From Candidatus Omnitrophota bacterium (lineage in GTDB: Bacteria > Omnitrophota > Gorgyraeia > Zapsychrales > Fredricksoniimonadaceae), in the NCBI GenBank assembly GCA_021731625.1, contig JAKFXC010000058.1:815-64814 (forward strand): a stretch of DNA of 64,000 nt, given 5' to 3'. Made by a program: the position numbers and the translations under genes. Below the pieces are notes generated by a model that was not told the DNA's origin, did not search any database, and saw nothing but the letters and a program-made list of their open reading frames with translations. Shown piece by piece: positions 10,170 through 19,978 of this stretch (its first letter is position 1; each line of letters starts with the position of its first letter).

Positions 10170-11075
10170 ATGCCACCGAGGATCATTTTTATTGTCGGAC
10201 CCACCGGTGTCGGAAAGACCAACGCCGCCATCGATTTGGCGACGAGGGTGGGTGGCGAGATTGTTTCCTGCGATGCCATGCAAGTGTATCGGGAAGTGCG
10301 CATTGCCAGTGCCAAGCCCTCGCCACAGGAGCAGCGTCAAATTCCGCATCATTTGCTGGATGCGGCCAGTGTGACGGAAACCTTTGATGTGGCGCGCTAC
10401 CGACAATTGGCCAATGCCGCCATCGACGACATTTTAAAACGTGGGAAAGTTGCCATCGTTGCCGGCGGCAGCGGCATGTATATGTCCGTTCTGCTCGACG
10501 GGATCTTCCAATCGGCGGCCAAGGATGAGGGACTGCGTTTGGCACTGCAGGAGCAGGCCCAAGTCTTGGGCGCCGCGGCCCTGCATGAACAATTGCACCA
10601 GCTTGATCCGAAAGCTGCGGCCAAAATCCATCCGAATGACCAGAAACGATTGGTCCGCGCTTTGGAAGTCAATCTGTTGGTCGGCCGGCCGATTGCAGAA
10701 TTGCAGCAGACCCGCGCAGGGTTGTGGGCGAAAGAGAAAGACTATGGCATTGAGATTTTAGGTTTGAATTGTCCACGCGAGGTTTTGTACCGGCGGATTG
10801 AAGCGAGGGTGGAGCGGATGTTTGAGGCCGGGTTGGTTGAGGAAGTGAAGGGTTTGCTTAAGCTTCCCTTAAGCCGTACCGCCGCGACGTTGATCGGCAT
10901 TCCGGAAGTGGGCGGTTATCTGCGGGGGGAATACGATGTAGCCCGCGCCAAATATTTGCTCAAACGCAACACCCGGCATTATGCCAAACGCCAGTTAACC
11001 TGGTTCCACCGGGACGAGCGGATACAATGGAAAATAGGGGCCAGCCCCCTATTTCCTCACATCGAAAGGAAATAG
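10170..11075 (+). CDS. miaA: tRNA dimethylallyltransferase
   Basis: P-loop IFIVGPTGVGKT, DAMQVYR and HHLLD motifs. Confidence 0.9.
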   Translation: MPPRIIFIVGPTGVGKTNAAIDLATRVGGEIVSCDAMQVYREVRIASAKPSPQEQRQIPHHLLDAASVTETFDVARYRQLANAAIDDILKRGKVAIVAGGSGMYMSVLLDGIFQSAAKDEGLRLALQEQAQVLGAAALHEQLHQLDPKAAAKIHPNDQKRLVRALEVNLLVGRPIAELQQTRAGLWAKEKDYGIEILGLNCPREVLYRRIEARVERMFEAGLVEEVKGLLKLPLSRTAATLIGIPEVGGYLRGEYDVARAKYLLKRNTRHYAKRQLTWFHRDERIQWKIGASPLFPHIERK

Positions 11076-11094
11076 GGGGCTGGCCCCTATTTTT
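11037..11094 (+). terminator. intrinsic terminator with perfect 20-bp inverted-repeat arms plus a T-run; it overlaps the last codons of miaA
   Basis: GGGGCCAGCCCCCTATTTCC, loop tcacatcgaaa, GGAAATAGGGGGCTGGCCCC, then TATTTTT. Confidence 0.75.
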
Positions 11095-11100
11095 CTCCTT

Positions 11101-12342
11101 ATGAAAGAAAAAATTCTTTTATGTGTGGTTGAACTGCAAGGGCGCAGTGCTTGGACACCCCAGGACGATGCCCGCGAAATGCAGGAACTTATCATGTCCT
11201 GCGGCGGAGAAGTTGTGCACACGGTCTTTTGCAAAGCCATGCCGCCGACGGCGTCGCACTTGATCACCAAGGGTAAGGTCGAGGAGATTGCGGCATTGTG
11301 CGCTCTGGGCAATGTCGAAACGGTCATTCTGTCGGTCGATCTAAAAGGACGGCAGCAGCGCAACTTGGAGGAGGATTTTAAGGTCAAGACCCTCGACCGA
11401 ACCCAGGTCATTTTAGACATTTTTGCCAAGAACGCCTCGTCGATGGAAGGGAAGATGCAAGTGGAACTTGCCCAGCTGCAATACCAATTGCCGCGCCTCG
11501 TCGGAAGCAGTGAGCAATTGTCCCGGCAGGGCGGTGGCATCGGCACCTCCGGTCCCGGCGAAACCAAACTGGAAGTTGACCGCCGCCGCATCGGCACTCG
11601 CGTCGCTAAATTAAAAAAGGACCTCAAAGAAGTCGCCCAAAGCCGCCAAGTCAAACGTAGAAAACGCCATGAATTTGAAATCCCGACGGTGGCCTTGGTG
11701 GGCTACACCAATGCCGGCAAGTCCACGTTGCTCAATGCCATCACCGGCGCCGGGACCAAGACCCACGACGGGCTTTTTACCACGCTGGATATGTTGTCCA
11801 GGCAAGCCTTGCTCCCCAACCATCGTAAAGTGGTTTTCTCCGACACCGTCGGGTTCATGCACGATTTGCCCCACGGCTTGATCGAGGCCTTTAAAGCCAC
11901 CCTCGAGGAGGTGCAGCAGGCAGACCTGCTGCTGCATGTGCTGGACTTAAGCAATGACAACTTCCGCAATCTCTACAACGCCGTCAATGCGGTGTTGGAG
12001 GAGTTGGGCGTGCTTAAGAAACCCATGCTCATGGTGCTCAATAAAATCGATCGCTTGCAAGATCAATCGCGCCTGCAGGAATTTAAAAAAATTAGTCCCG
12101 ACTGCATCGGAGTATCCGCCGCCAAGGGGGAAAATATACAAACCCTGTTGCTCAAAATTGAACACGCTCTGAATAAGGACATTGTGGAGGTGGATGTGCT
12201 GCTGCCAGCCGGCCGCATGGATCTTATCAACCTCGCCCACACCCAGGGTCACGTGCAGGACGTGCAGTATTTACCCGAAGGAATTCGCCTCAAAGCCTCC
12301 TTGCCATCCAAAACCGCAGGCCTGATTACCCGCGCCAAGTAG
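11101..12342 (+). CDS. hflX: GTPase HflX
   Basis: The N-terminal HflX domain LQYQLPRLVGS...GPGETKLEVDRRRI, then the G-domain VALVGYTNAGKSTLLN. Confidence 0.9.
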   Translation: MKEKILLCVVELQGRSAWTPQDDAREMQELIMSCGGEVVHTVFCKAMPPTASHLITKGKVEEIAALCALGNVETVILSVDLKGRQQRNLEEDFKVKTLDRTQVILDIFAKNASSMEGKMQVELAQLQYQLPRLVGSSEQLSRQGGGIGTSGPGETKLEVDRRRIGTRVAKLKKDLKEVAQSRQVKRRKRHEFEIPTVALVGYTNAGKSTLLNAITGAGTKTHDGLFTTLDMLSRQALLPNHRKVVFSDTVGFMHDLPHGLIEAFKATLEEVQQADLLLHVLDLSNDNFRNLYNAVNAVLEELGVLKKPMLMVLNKIDRLQDQSRLQEFKKISPDCIGVSAAKGENIQTLLLKIEHALNKDIVEVDVLLPAGRMDLINLAHTQGHVQDVQYLPEGIRLKASLPSKTAGLITRAK

Positions 12343-12391
12343 ATAATTTATAAGATATACAGTTGTTGTGTTTTTTACACACCTTCCCAAG

Positions 12392-12421
12392 CCCGATCGT
12401 GCCATTTCGGGTGTTTTTTTC
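12392..12421 (+). terminator. rho-independent terminator after hflX
   Basis: CCCGA, loop tcgtgccatt, TCGGG, then TGTTTTTTT (an outer ACACC/GGTGT pair extends the stem). Confidence 0.6.
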
Positions 12422-12594
12422 ATTTTTCGTTTAGCGCTTTCCATCATTTAATATCAAGCGCTTACGTAATCTCCCCCTGATTATTCCTCCATTTTGGCAC
12501 CGCAATTGCTGCTTTGTATAGTAAGAGGTTGTACAGGATGTACCGGGACAATGACAGACAGCCACAAACAACAGGCTGTAACGAAAGGAACAAT

Positions 12595-15500
12595 ATGTTT
12601 TCCTCAATACGAACGATGATAACCATAACGCTGATCACCTTACTGATCGTGCCCCCGCAATATGCGTTGGCGCTCCCGCAAGGCGGGCAGGTGGTGGACG
12701 GCCAGGCCACTCTAACTTACGGGGCCGGCACCCTGGATGTCCTTCAACAAACCGATAAAGCCATTATTAACTATGACAGCTTCTCGATTGCGCAACCAGA
12801 GGCCGTGCATTTTCAACAGCCCAATTCTTCCAGTATTGCGTTAAACCGCGTCACCGGTGGCAATCCGTCCGAAATTTTAGGGACCTTGTCCGCCAATGGC
12901 CGGGTGTTTATTATCAATCCCAACGGCATTATGTTTGGCAGCGGGTCGCAGGTGGACACCGCTGGACTCGTGGCCTCTACTTTGGACATGGCCAACGCGG
13001 ATTTTATGTCCGGCAATTATCAGTTTGCCGGGCAGGGCGGCGCGGTCCTCGCCAATGGTCGGATCAATACGCCGGGCGGGTATGTGGCTTTATTGGGTTC
13101 GCATGTGGAAAATAATGGAGTGATCCAGGCGAATTTAGGAAGCATTGCCTTGGCATCCGGAGAGGCCATGACCCTCAACCTGGACGCGCAGGGATTTGTC
13201 AATGTGGTCGTCGATGCCGCCGCTTCAGTGAGTCCACCGTATCAAGCGGGAGTTGCCAATCGGGGGACGTTACAGGCCGATGGTGGACAGATTTTATTGA
13301 CCGCAAAAACACTGGATCATATTTTTGACCATGCCATTAACAATCAGGGCGTCCTTGAGGCCCGAAGCATTTCCGTTTCCCCCGGCCGGATTATCTTGTC
13401 GGCAGACAAAGACATTAAAGTGGGCGGCGACGTCAGCGGCGGGACAATCGATATCACTTCTACTGAAGAGGACGTGACCCATTTAACCGGAAACCGAACC
13501 ACAACGAGCGGGGAGAGTTTCACCGGTTCGGCGAAGAAAGATTATGTGCTCATGAATGACACTCAAATCAATGCCGGCGCGGGGGACATTGACATCCACG
13601 CCGGGCAAAATATTGAAATGGGTTCCCTGATCCCCACGACGTATGATGGAGCCAAGGTGACATCGACCCACAATGTCTTTCTGACCGCGGACCAGGGCCA
13701 CATCCGCCAGGCCAAGGGAGATATTTTTGCGGAAAATTTGATGCTCAATGCCAACTTAGGCATTTACGGCAGCAGCTGTATTCTAAATTGCTCCAGCCAA
13801 AATCTTGATATGTCCGGCATCCTGACAGCGGACAATCACTATGCTTTGTTTGTGGCGGACAGAGAAGGCAATGGCCTGAAATTCATCGGCCGCAATGAGC
13901 TAGGACCAGAGGGCAATCCGGGGGAGTTTAATTGGAATCTACCGGAAAGTTGGAATTTCGATGTCAATACCGGCGACCATCTGTATGTCCTGGCCTGGAA
14001 CACCAGTTTGCCTGGCATGTATATAGGTGATTTTACCTTGCCGGACACCAGTAAATTATTTAGCAATGCCACTCAATGGGAAAATTATGTCTCCGGGAAT
14101 ATTACTCCGGAAATCAACGGACTCCCGTCGTTCTCAAATCTCTCTGCCGAAATTGCGGCCGCAAAATGGAGTGCACCGCAGGCGTTCGTTGCTAATGGCT
14201 CACCGACCTGGGGCACGATTCCAGGAATCGACCCTGCCGCCCATCACATTTGGCACGACACGTTTGATTTGGGCACTCAGCAAGGGGGGCCAGAAGTCTC
14301 TTCCAGCTTTGGTCACTATGCCGTCTTTAGAACGGACGCAACGGTGTTATCTGGCCCGGCGCCGGTGATTGCCAACAGCGGATTGGTGGTGACAGCGGAC
14401 CACATCTCCGCCATCAATAAGTCCATCGGTGATATCAACCTCCACAATACGATTAGCGGAGAGGTGAATAATTTATCATCTCAAACAGGGACTAATCCCA
14501 CTGTGACGGGACAAAACGGCGTGACCAACAATGCTCCCGGAGGTTCCATCAACGTTACGGTCGACGGCGATCTGACTGTCAATGCCGACATTGTCGGTCA
14601 TGGCAACATCACTCTGACCACTGGCGATAATTTAGTGCAGAACAGCAATATCAACATTATCCAAAGCAATACCGTGATCCCGCCGCCCATCAATGTGCAC
14701 AGCACGTCGCACCAAACCGGTGTGTGGTCCAATGATGACACGATTGACTTGGAGTGGCAGTTAGCTCCTGAACAACCAGGCCGTTTCAGCTATACGGCGA
14801 ATACGACTGGCCAGTACACCATGAACACCGGTGCGGTGGTCAATACAACTAACGGGGACGCCACCATCACCAGCCAAGGGGATGTCACCCTGACCTTGGT
14901 CCATGCTGGCAATGGGGTGGCCACAGTCACCTCAACCCAAGGATCGATCATCGACGGTGATTTAAGTGTTTCCCCTGCCGACCAGGATGTGGCGGCACAC
15001 AGCATTCATTTAAACGCGCCTTTAGGTTCGGTGGGCAGCGTCGGACCTCAGCAAGAAATTGACTTAGGCATCCCGTACGGGTTCTCTCATTTACTCGATG
15101 AGAATACCTCTACCAATCCGGACGGCAGTATCGATTCCTTCACCTCCGCACTAAACGCACAGGGCGAATGGATCTACGCGACCTCGATCCACACTTTGTT
15201 AAACAGCGATCATTTGTGGTTCCATGTGGCCACCGTGGATCCGGTGTCGAGTCAGCAATCCACCTCTGCCCATGCCGGGCCTTACTTGATCGACACCATT
15301 GCTCCGGTGATTACAGCCGACTATGATCCCGCCAATCCATATGGTTGGTACAATTACGACGTGGATGTCCAATTCGACGCCACAGATAACTTGTCCGGAT
15401 TTGCGCCCCAGGGCAGTTTAGCCGCTAATCTTGGTTCACAGACAACCGCTGGGGAAGGTTTCGGATTGATGGTCACCTCGGCGGGAATTTTTGACCGCGC

Positions 15501-16329
15501 CGGCAATCAAGCCCTGCCGTTGTCGATCAGTCTCAACGTGGACAAGACGAAACCGATTATTACGGGCAGCAATGTTCCCACACCCAACCAATTCGGTTGG
15601 TTTAACCACGATGTGACGGTGGACTTTTCCGCGACCGATAATCTTTCCGGTTTTGCACCCAACGGGGCTTTAAGCAGCAATCTGTTATCGTCAACCACAA
15701 CCGGAGAAGGCGTAGGGTTGATCGTAAATTCAAGCGGGGTGGTGGTCGATCGCGCCGGCAACATCGCTGATCCTATTCAATACACGTTTAATGTGGATAA
15801 AACCGCGCCGATCATCACGGCAGGCAACCCCATCGGGCCTTTGAATCCCGATGGCACCTACCAATCGAGCGTGACGGTGCCGTTTTCCGCCACCGACAAT
15901 CTGTCCGGGTTTGCGCCCAATGGTTCGCAAAGCGAAAATCTAGCATCGAAAACCACCCCTAACTTCGGACAAAACTTGTTACTAACCTCCGACAGCACCG
16001 TGGATTTGGCCGGCAACCAGGCCTTACCGATCACGGTTGGTCCGTTTAACCTCGCGGCGGCGATACCGCCCATCGTGCCGCCGCCTACGAACCTAGTGGA
16101 TACTCTGGTATCATTTACCGACCGCCAGCCCGTCTACTACGAAATCCTGAGTCCCAGCCGTTTTGTCAGTTTCGAACCGGTGGTCAAGATTGGATTGCTG
16201 GCGTATCACCCGATAACGACGTTAGACACCACCGCGTTCGCGGAGGTGGATATGGACATTAGGGCCTTTGACTTTATCGATAATGCCATTGAGCAAAAGG
16301 GCAAAAAGTCGCCATATTTGGGATTTTAA
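12595..16329 (+). CDS. two-partner-secretion exoprotein TpsA (filamentous-haemagglutinin-like)
   Basis: Signal peptide MFSSIRTMITITLITLLIVPPQYALA. The TPS domain carries QTDKAIINYDSFSI, ALNRVTGGNPSEILGTL and RVFIINPNGIMFG (NPNG motif). A long repetitive beta-helix-like region follows, then three ~82-aa repeats near the C-terminus. The ATG at 12595 is preceded by AAAGGAAC. Confidence 0.75.
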   Translation: MFSSIRTMITITLITLLIVPPQYALALPQGGQVVDGQATLTYGAGTLDVLQQTDKAIINYDSFSIAQPEAVHFQQPNSSSIALNRVTGGNPSEILGTLSANGRVFIINPNGIMFGSGSQVDTAGLVASTLDMANADFMSGNYQFAGQGGAVLANGRINTPGGYVALLGSHVENNGVIQANLGSIALASGEAMTLNLDAQGFVNVVVDAAASVSPPYQAGVANRGTLQADGGQILLTAKTLDHIFDHAINNQGVLEARSISVSPGRIILSADKDIKVGGDVSGGTIDITSTEEDVTHLTGNRTTTSGESFTGSAKKDYVLMNDTQINAGAGDIDIHAGQNIEMGSLIPTTYDGAKVTSTHNVFLTADQGHIRQAKGDIFAENLMLNANLGIYGSSCILNCSSQNLDMSGILTADNHYALFVADREGNGLKFIGRNELGPEGNPGEFNWNLPESWNFDVNTGDHLYVLAWNTSLPGMYIGDFTLPDTSKLFSNATQWENYVSGNITPEINGLPSFSNLSAEIAAAKWSAPQAFVANGSPTWGTIPGIDPAAHHIWHDTFDLGTQQGGPEVSSSFGHYAVFRTDATVLSGPAPVIANSGLVVTADHISAINKSIGDINLHNTISGEVNNLSSQTGTNPTVTGQNGVTNNAPGGSINVTVDGDLTVNADIVGHGNITLTTGDNLVQNSNINIIQSNTVIPPPINVHSTSHQTGVWSNDDTIDLEWQLAPEQPGRFSYTANTTGQYTMNTGAVVNTTNGDATITSQGDVTLTLVHAGNGVATVTSTQGSIIDGDLSVSPADQDVAAHSIHLNAPLGSVGSVGPQQEIDLGIPYGFSHLLDENTSTNPDGSIDSFTSALNAQGEWIYATSIHTLLNSDHLWFHVATVDPVSSQQSTSAHAGPYLIDTIAPVITADYDPANPYGWYNYDVDVQFDATDNLSGFAPQGSLAANLGSQTTAGEGFGLMVTSAGIFDRAGNQALPLSISLNVDKTKPIITGSNVPTPNQFGWFNHDVTVDFSATDNLSGFAPNGALSSNLLSSTTTGEGVGLIVNSSGVVVDRAGNIADPIQYTFNVDKTAPIITAGNPIGPLNPDGTYQSSVTVPFSATDNLSGFAPNGSQSENLASKTTPNFGQNLLLTSDSTVDLAGNQALPITVGPFNLAAAIPPIVPPPTNLVDTLVSFTDRQPVYYEILSPSRFVSFEPVVKIGLLAYHPITTLDTTAFAEVDMDIRAFDFIDNAIEQKGKKSPYLGF
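15295..16050 (+). repeat. three tandem ~245-nt coding repeats (Ig-like ~82-aa units) in TpsA
   Basis: The units begin YDPANPYGWYNYDVDVQFDATDNLSGFAPQG, PNQFGWFNHDVTVDFSATDNLSGFAPNG and DGTYQSSVTVPFSATDNLSGFAPNG. Confidence 0.6.
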
Positions 16330-16413
16330 GGTGTTTTGAGCAGCATCGTAAGTGCTTGATATTTCACAAGATTTACTTGTGCTTAAAAACAAAAAAATAT
16401 TGTAACCCATTTA

Positions 16414-16443
16414 TTGGCAACGGTTTGCATTACATGCTATACT
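16414..16443 (+). promoter_or_regulatory. candidate sigma70-type promoter for tpsB (TTGGCA, 18-nt spacer, TATACT)
   Basis: Hexamers read by eye. The -10 element lies inside the left arm of the hairpin below. Confidence 0.3.
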
Positions 16444-16491
16444 CCCTTTGAGTGTAGGGCAGGTTAACGTGGCATCAAAAAGGGAGTATAG
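16437..16491 (+). promoter_or_regulatory. perfect 13-nt inverted repeat whose right arm contains the tpsB ribosome-binding site
   Basis: CTATACTCCCTTT, then a 29-nt loop, then AAAGGGAGTATAG; the tpsB ATG is at 16493. Confidence 0.5.
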
Positions 16492-16492
16492 A

Positions 16493-18205
16493 ATGAAAAA
16501 CATTCTTTTTGTTTTTTTAGGTGTTTCTGTGTTGGTCGCCGCCCCTTGGGGGGGAGCCCAGGCCCAAGTGAGCTCCGATACGGTGGGGGGTGTGATTCAA
16601 AGGGAATTAGATAAGGAAAAGTCGTTAGAATTCGAAGAACGCATCCGCACCAAGCAACCTCAACCGCAAGACGAAGAAATACAGCCTAAGAGCACTGCAG
16701 AAGCAGGCCCCAGCGTTCTCATTAAGGAAATCAAGGTGGAGGGCGCCACTCTGCTTTCAGATCACATCATTGATGACATAACCACACCATATAAGGGAAC
16801 AGAGCTGAGTCTGGCCCAAATCCAGGACATCGCGGAGAAACTCACCGCGGTGTACCGCACGAACGGGTATGTCACCTCGCGGGCATATATCCCTCCTCAA
16901 AATCTACAGGAGGGGACCTTAACCATTAAAGTCATCGAAGGCAAAATGGGGGAGCTAACGCTCAAGGGAAACAAATATTTTAGCAAAGCGGTGTATTTGA
17001 AATATTTGAAGCTAAGGCCCAATGAATATTTTGATTACAGCCAGCTGCAGAAGGACTTGACCTTCGTCAATGAGCAGGAAGACCGCAAACTCAAAGCCAC
17101 CTTGGTGCCCGGCCAGGAAGCCGGAGCGACGGATGTGATCCTGGAAGCCCAGGAGCAACTGCCCATCCACGCCACCGTCGAGTTTGACAATTGGGCGTCG
17201 CGCTACTTGAATCATTACCGCTATGCCCTAAGCTTGGAGCACAATAATATCACCGGCCATGACGACCGTATGCTGTTTAAGTATCAAACCAGCGATGGAC
17301 TAAACCTAAAATTGTATCAGGGCCGCTACCTCTATCCGCTGAGCAAGAAAACCACCGTCGGGGTGCATGGGTTATACACCACCACGCATTTGGGACGGGA
17401 ATTTAAGTCCCTGGGTGCGGAGGGCAAAGGCCAGGTGTATGGGATGTTTATGAGCCATGAGCTTGCCCGCACAAATAATGCCCAATGGCATTTTAATTTG
17501 GGGTATGATTATAAGGACATTAAGAACGATCTCTTGGGCATCGAAAATTCGCATGACCAACTCAGCATCTTCAAGGCGGGCATGGACCTGGATGTGGCTG
17601 ACCCTTGGGGGCGCAATATTTTGACCGGGGAAGGGGACTTTGGGGTGCCGGAATTTTTAGGGGCTATGGAGGCCAAGAACGATCGGCACGCCTCCAGGAC
17701 CGGGGCCGGCGGGCAGTTTCAAAAAGGCGTGTTTAACTACTATCGTCTTCAACCCATGCCGCTGGACACCCAGATCCTGCTTAAAAACAGCGCCCAGATC
17801 AGCAACCAGGCCTTGGTGTCCGCCGAGCAGTTTCAGATCGGCGGCCCCACCAGCGTTCGCGGCTATGCGCCGGGGGAGTTTTCCGGCGACAAAGGACTTT
17901 ATTCCGCGGTGGATTGGTCGGTGCCCTTGTATTTCGTCCCCAAACATTGGAAAGTTCCCCTGCGCAAGGAAACCGTGTATGATGCCATGCGCCTGGTGGC
18001 CTTCTACGATTTTGGGTTTACCAATATTAAGAACGTCACCGCCGGGGAACGGGAAAACCGCACCTTGAAGGGTTACGGGTTCGGGGCCCGGTTTAATCCT
18101 GATCCGAATTTAGAAGTCCGTTTTGAAATGGGGATGCCGATCGGGACCGCTTCGGCCGACGGCAAGCGGGCCCATCCGTGGGTGCAGTTTAAATATAAGT
18201 ATTAA
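16493..18205 (+). CDS. TpsB outer-membrane transporter (ShlB/FhaC/HecB family, Omp85 superfamily)
   Basis: Signal peptide MKNILFVFLGVSVLVAAPWGGAQAQ. POTRA-like IKEIKVEGATLLSD...LTIKVIEGKMGELTLKGNKYF. Beta-barrel with a C-terminal ...WVQFKYKY. The track ORF starts at 16448 with TTG; the ATG at 16493 has an AAGGGAG RBS. Confidence 0.75.
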   Translation: MKNILFVFLGVSVLVAAPWGGAQAQVSSDTVGGVIQRELDKEKSLEFEERIRTKQPQPQDEEIQPKSTAEAGPSVLIKEIKVEGATLLSDHIIDDITTPYKGTELSLAQIQDIAEKLTAVYRTNGYVTSRAYIPPQNLQEGTLTIKVIEGKMGELTLKGNKYFSKAVYLKYLKLRPNEYFDYSQLQKDLTFVNEQEDRKLKATLVPGQEAGATDVILEAQEQLPIHATVEFDNWASRYLNHYRYALSLEHNNITGHDDRMLFKYQTSDGLNLKLYQGRYLYPLSKKTTVGVHGLYTTTHLGREFKSLGAEGKGQVYGMFMSHELARTNNAQWHFNLGYDYKDIKNDLLGIENSHDQLSIFKAGMDLDVADPWGRNILTGEGDFGVPEFLGAMEAKNDRHASRTGAGGQFQKGVFNYYRLQPMPLDTQILLKNSAQISNQALVSAEQFQIGGPTSVRGYAPGEFSGDKGLYSAVDWSVPLYFVPKHWKVPLRKETVYDAMRLVAFYDFGFTNIKNVTAGERENRTLKGYGFGARFNPDPNLEVRFEMGMPIGTASADGKRAHPWVQFKYKY

Positions 18206-18222
18206 CGCACAGGGGGGAAGGT

Positions 18223-18762
18223 ATGCCTAAAATTCTGTTGTTCATTCTGCTGCTCGGGGTTTGTTACGGCTGCGGTCAAAGACCGCCGGCGGCCATTCAA
18301 ATCGGCACCATTGCCATCACCAAGGACGAATTCGAGCGTGCTTTTTTGAATTCCCCGCTGGACCATGGATCTCTCCAGGCCCGCCGTCAATTTTTGGAAT
18401 TAATGATCAATAAGAAGCTGGTCCTTAAGGAAGCGGAGCGCAGGGGAATGGACAAGGACCCTAAATTATTACAGGACCTGCAAATGTTCTGGGAAACCAA
18501 CTTGATGAAGCTGGCGCTCAGTGCAGAGAATCAACGCATTGCCCGGCAGATCACCGTCACTCCGGCGGAGATTGAGGCCTATTACAGCCAGCACGCCCAA
18601 TCCCAGTTCATGGGCAAACCATTGCAGGCAGTCCAGGGTGAGATTAAAGTGGTGCTGCTTAAGAGCAAACAGAGCCGGATGTTTAAAGATTGGGTGGAGG
18701 CCTTAAGACAAAAATCCGCCATTGTCATAGACTACCCAGCGTTAGGGATACCGGAACAATAA
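18223..18762 (+). CDS. lipoprotein with a SurA-N-like chaperone domain
   Basis: Lipobox LLGVCYGCG. A helical segment resembling the SurA/PpiD N-terminal domain. It sits immediately downstream of tpsB. Confidence 0.4.
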   Translation: MPKILLFILLLGVCYGCGQRPPAAIQIGTIAITKDEFERAFLNSPLDHGSLQARRQFLELMINKKLVLKEAERRGMDKDPKLLQDLQMFWETNLMKLALSAENQRIARQITVTPAEIEAYYSQHAQSQFMGKPLQAVQGEIKVVLLKSKQSRMFKDWVEALRQKSAIVIDYPALGIPEQ

Positions 18763-18774
18763 AGGAGAGTTTGT

Positions 18775-19347
18775 ATGCAACCAAACCGACGACGAAAAAA
18801 GATGCTCCTCAACAAGGCGTTTCAATTAAGGTTCATCGTCCGATTCGCCCTCATCACTTTTTGTTCCTCTTTGCTGTTTGGCGGGCTGGTGTATTTCTTG
18901 TCCAGCAGCTCAACGACGGTGGCCATCGAAAACACCAAAGTGTTCGTGAAACCGACGTCGGATTTTATTCTGCCCAGCTTAGGGTTGACCATGCTGATGG
19001 TGCTGGCGGTGTCCTGCTTGGCCATGGTGGCCATGCTGATGTACGTCTCGCACACCATTGCCGGTCCGGAATACCGCTTGAACCAGGAAATCCTGAAAAT
19101 CAAAGAGGGGCGTTTCGACGGCAATTTCATCCTCCGCAAGAATGACCAATTGAAGGCCTTGGCCGACAATTTGAAGGAATGCGAGATCGTTTTGCGTGAG
19201 AAGCACATCGGGCTTAGGCGTCAATGGGACGAACTGGCGTTTTATCTTAAGGATCGCAATTATAAACTCGCGGACGACGACATCGCCCGCGTCAAGAAAA
19301 TCATGGATGGGGTAAATACCAAGATCAAATTTTTTAAATGCCAATGA
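18775..19347 (+). CDS. membrane protein with two TM helices and a HAMP-like domain only
   Basis: TM1 and TM2, then SHTIAGPEYRLNQEILKIKEGRFDGNF...NDQLKALADNLKE (HAMP-like). No output domain. Confidence 0.4.
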   Translation: MQPNRRRKKMLLNKAFQLRFIVRFALITFCSSLLFGGLVYFLSSSSTTVAIENTKVFVKPTSDFILPSLGLTMLMVLAVSCLAMVAMLMYVSHTIAGPEYRLNQEILKIKEGRFDGNFILRKNDQLKALADNLKECEIVLREKHIGLRRQWDELAFYLKDRNYKLADDDIARVKKIMDGVNTKIKFFKCQ

Positions 19348-19907
19348 TACGATTCTTAGTTTCTTTATTATTGATCTGCGGCCTCTGGGGGCCGGATCCG
19401 GGAGCGGCGGAAGAGCACTTGCCCCTGCTGACGGAGAGCAAATATTTTACGATTTATGCCGAAGCTGATTGTGATGTTACGCGTTTGACCACCATTTTGG
19501 ATTTTAACCGCGCCCCTTCGCTTGAAAGTGTCATGTCGCAGCCAGCCGCGGATGTCCAAGGCGTGCTCGCCGACAGCGTTGATGCCATCTTTAATGAAGC
19601 GAGCGAGATTCTGGGTACGCCGGTGCAGAATTACAAGGGTAAGATCATGGTGTTTAGTTCGGAAAAGAGCATGAATGCGGCCTTCAGGCGCCTGTACGGG
19701 GTCACTTTACCGGAAAAAGGTTATTATGATTTTGAACGCCATACCGTTTTTGTCGCTTTGGATGTGTTGACACTGGGAGTTTTCTCCCACGAAATCGCCC
19801 ACGCCCTGGTCTCGCATTATTTTGTGGTACCGCCCCCACCCAAACTCCAGGAAGTGCTGGCTGGCTATGTGGAATTCAAATTTCGTAAGAAAACGGGCGA
19901 CTTGTAG
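19338..19907 (+). CDS. exported hypothetical protein with an HEIAH (HExxH) motif
   Basis: Signal peptide MPMIRFLVSLLLICGLWGP; FSHEIAHALVSHYF. Confidence 0.35.
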   Translation: MPMIRFLVSLLLICGLWGPDPGAAEEHLPLLTESKYFTIYAEADCDVTRLTTILDFNRAPSLESVMSQPAADVQGVLADSVDAIFNEASEILGTPVQNYKGKIMVFSSEKSMNAAFRRLYGVTLPEKGYYDFERHTVFVALDVLTLGVFSHEIAHALVSHYFVVPPPPKLQEVLAGYVEFKFRKKTGDL

Positions 19908-19978
19908 GAAGCGGGCACCGCAGCTTACTACCGCCGCTGTCAATTGACATTCTCCAGCAACTATGTTAGATTGACCAA

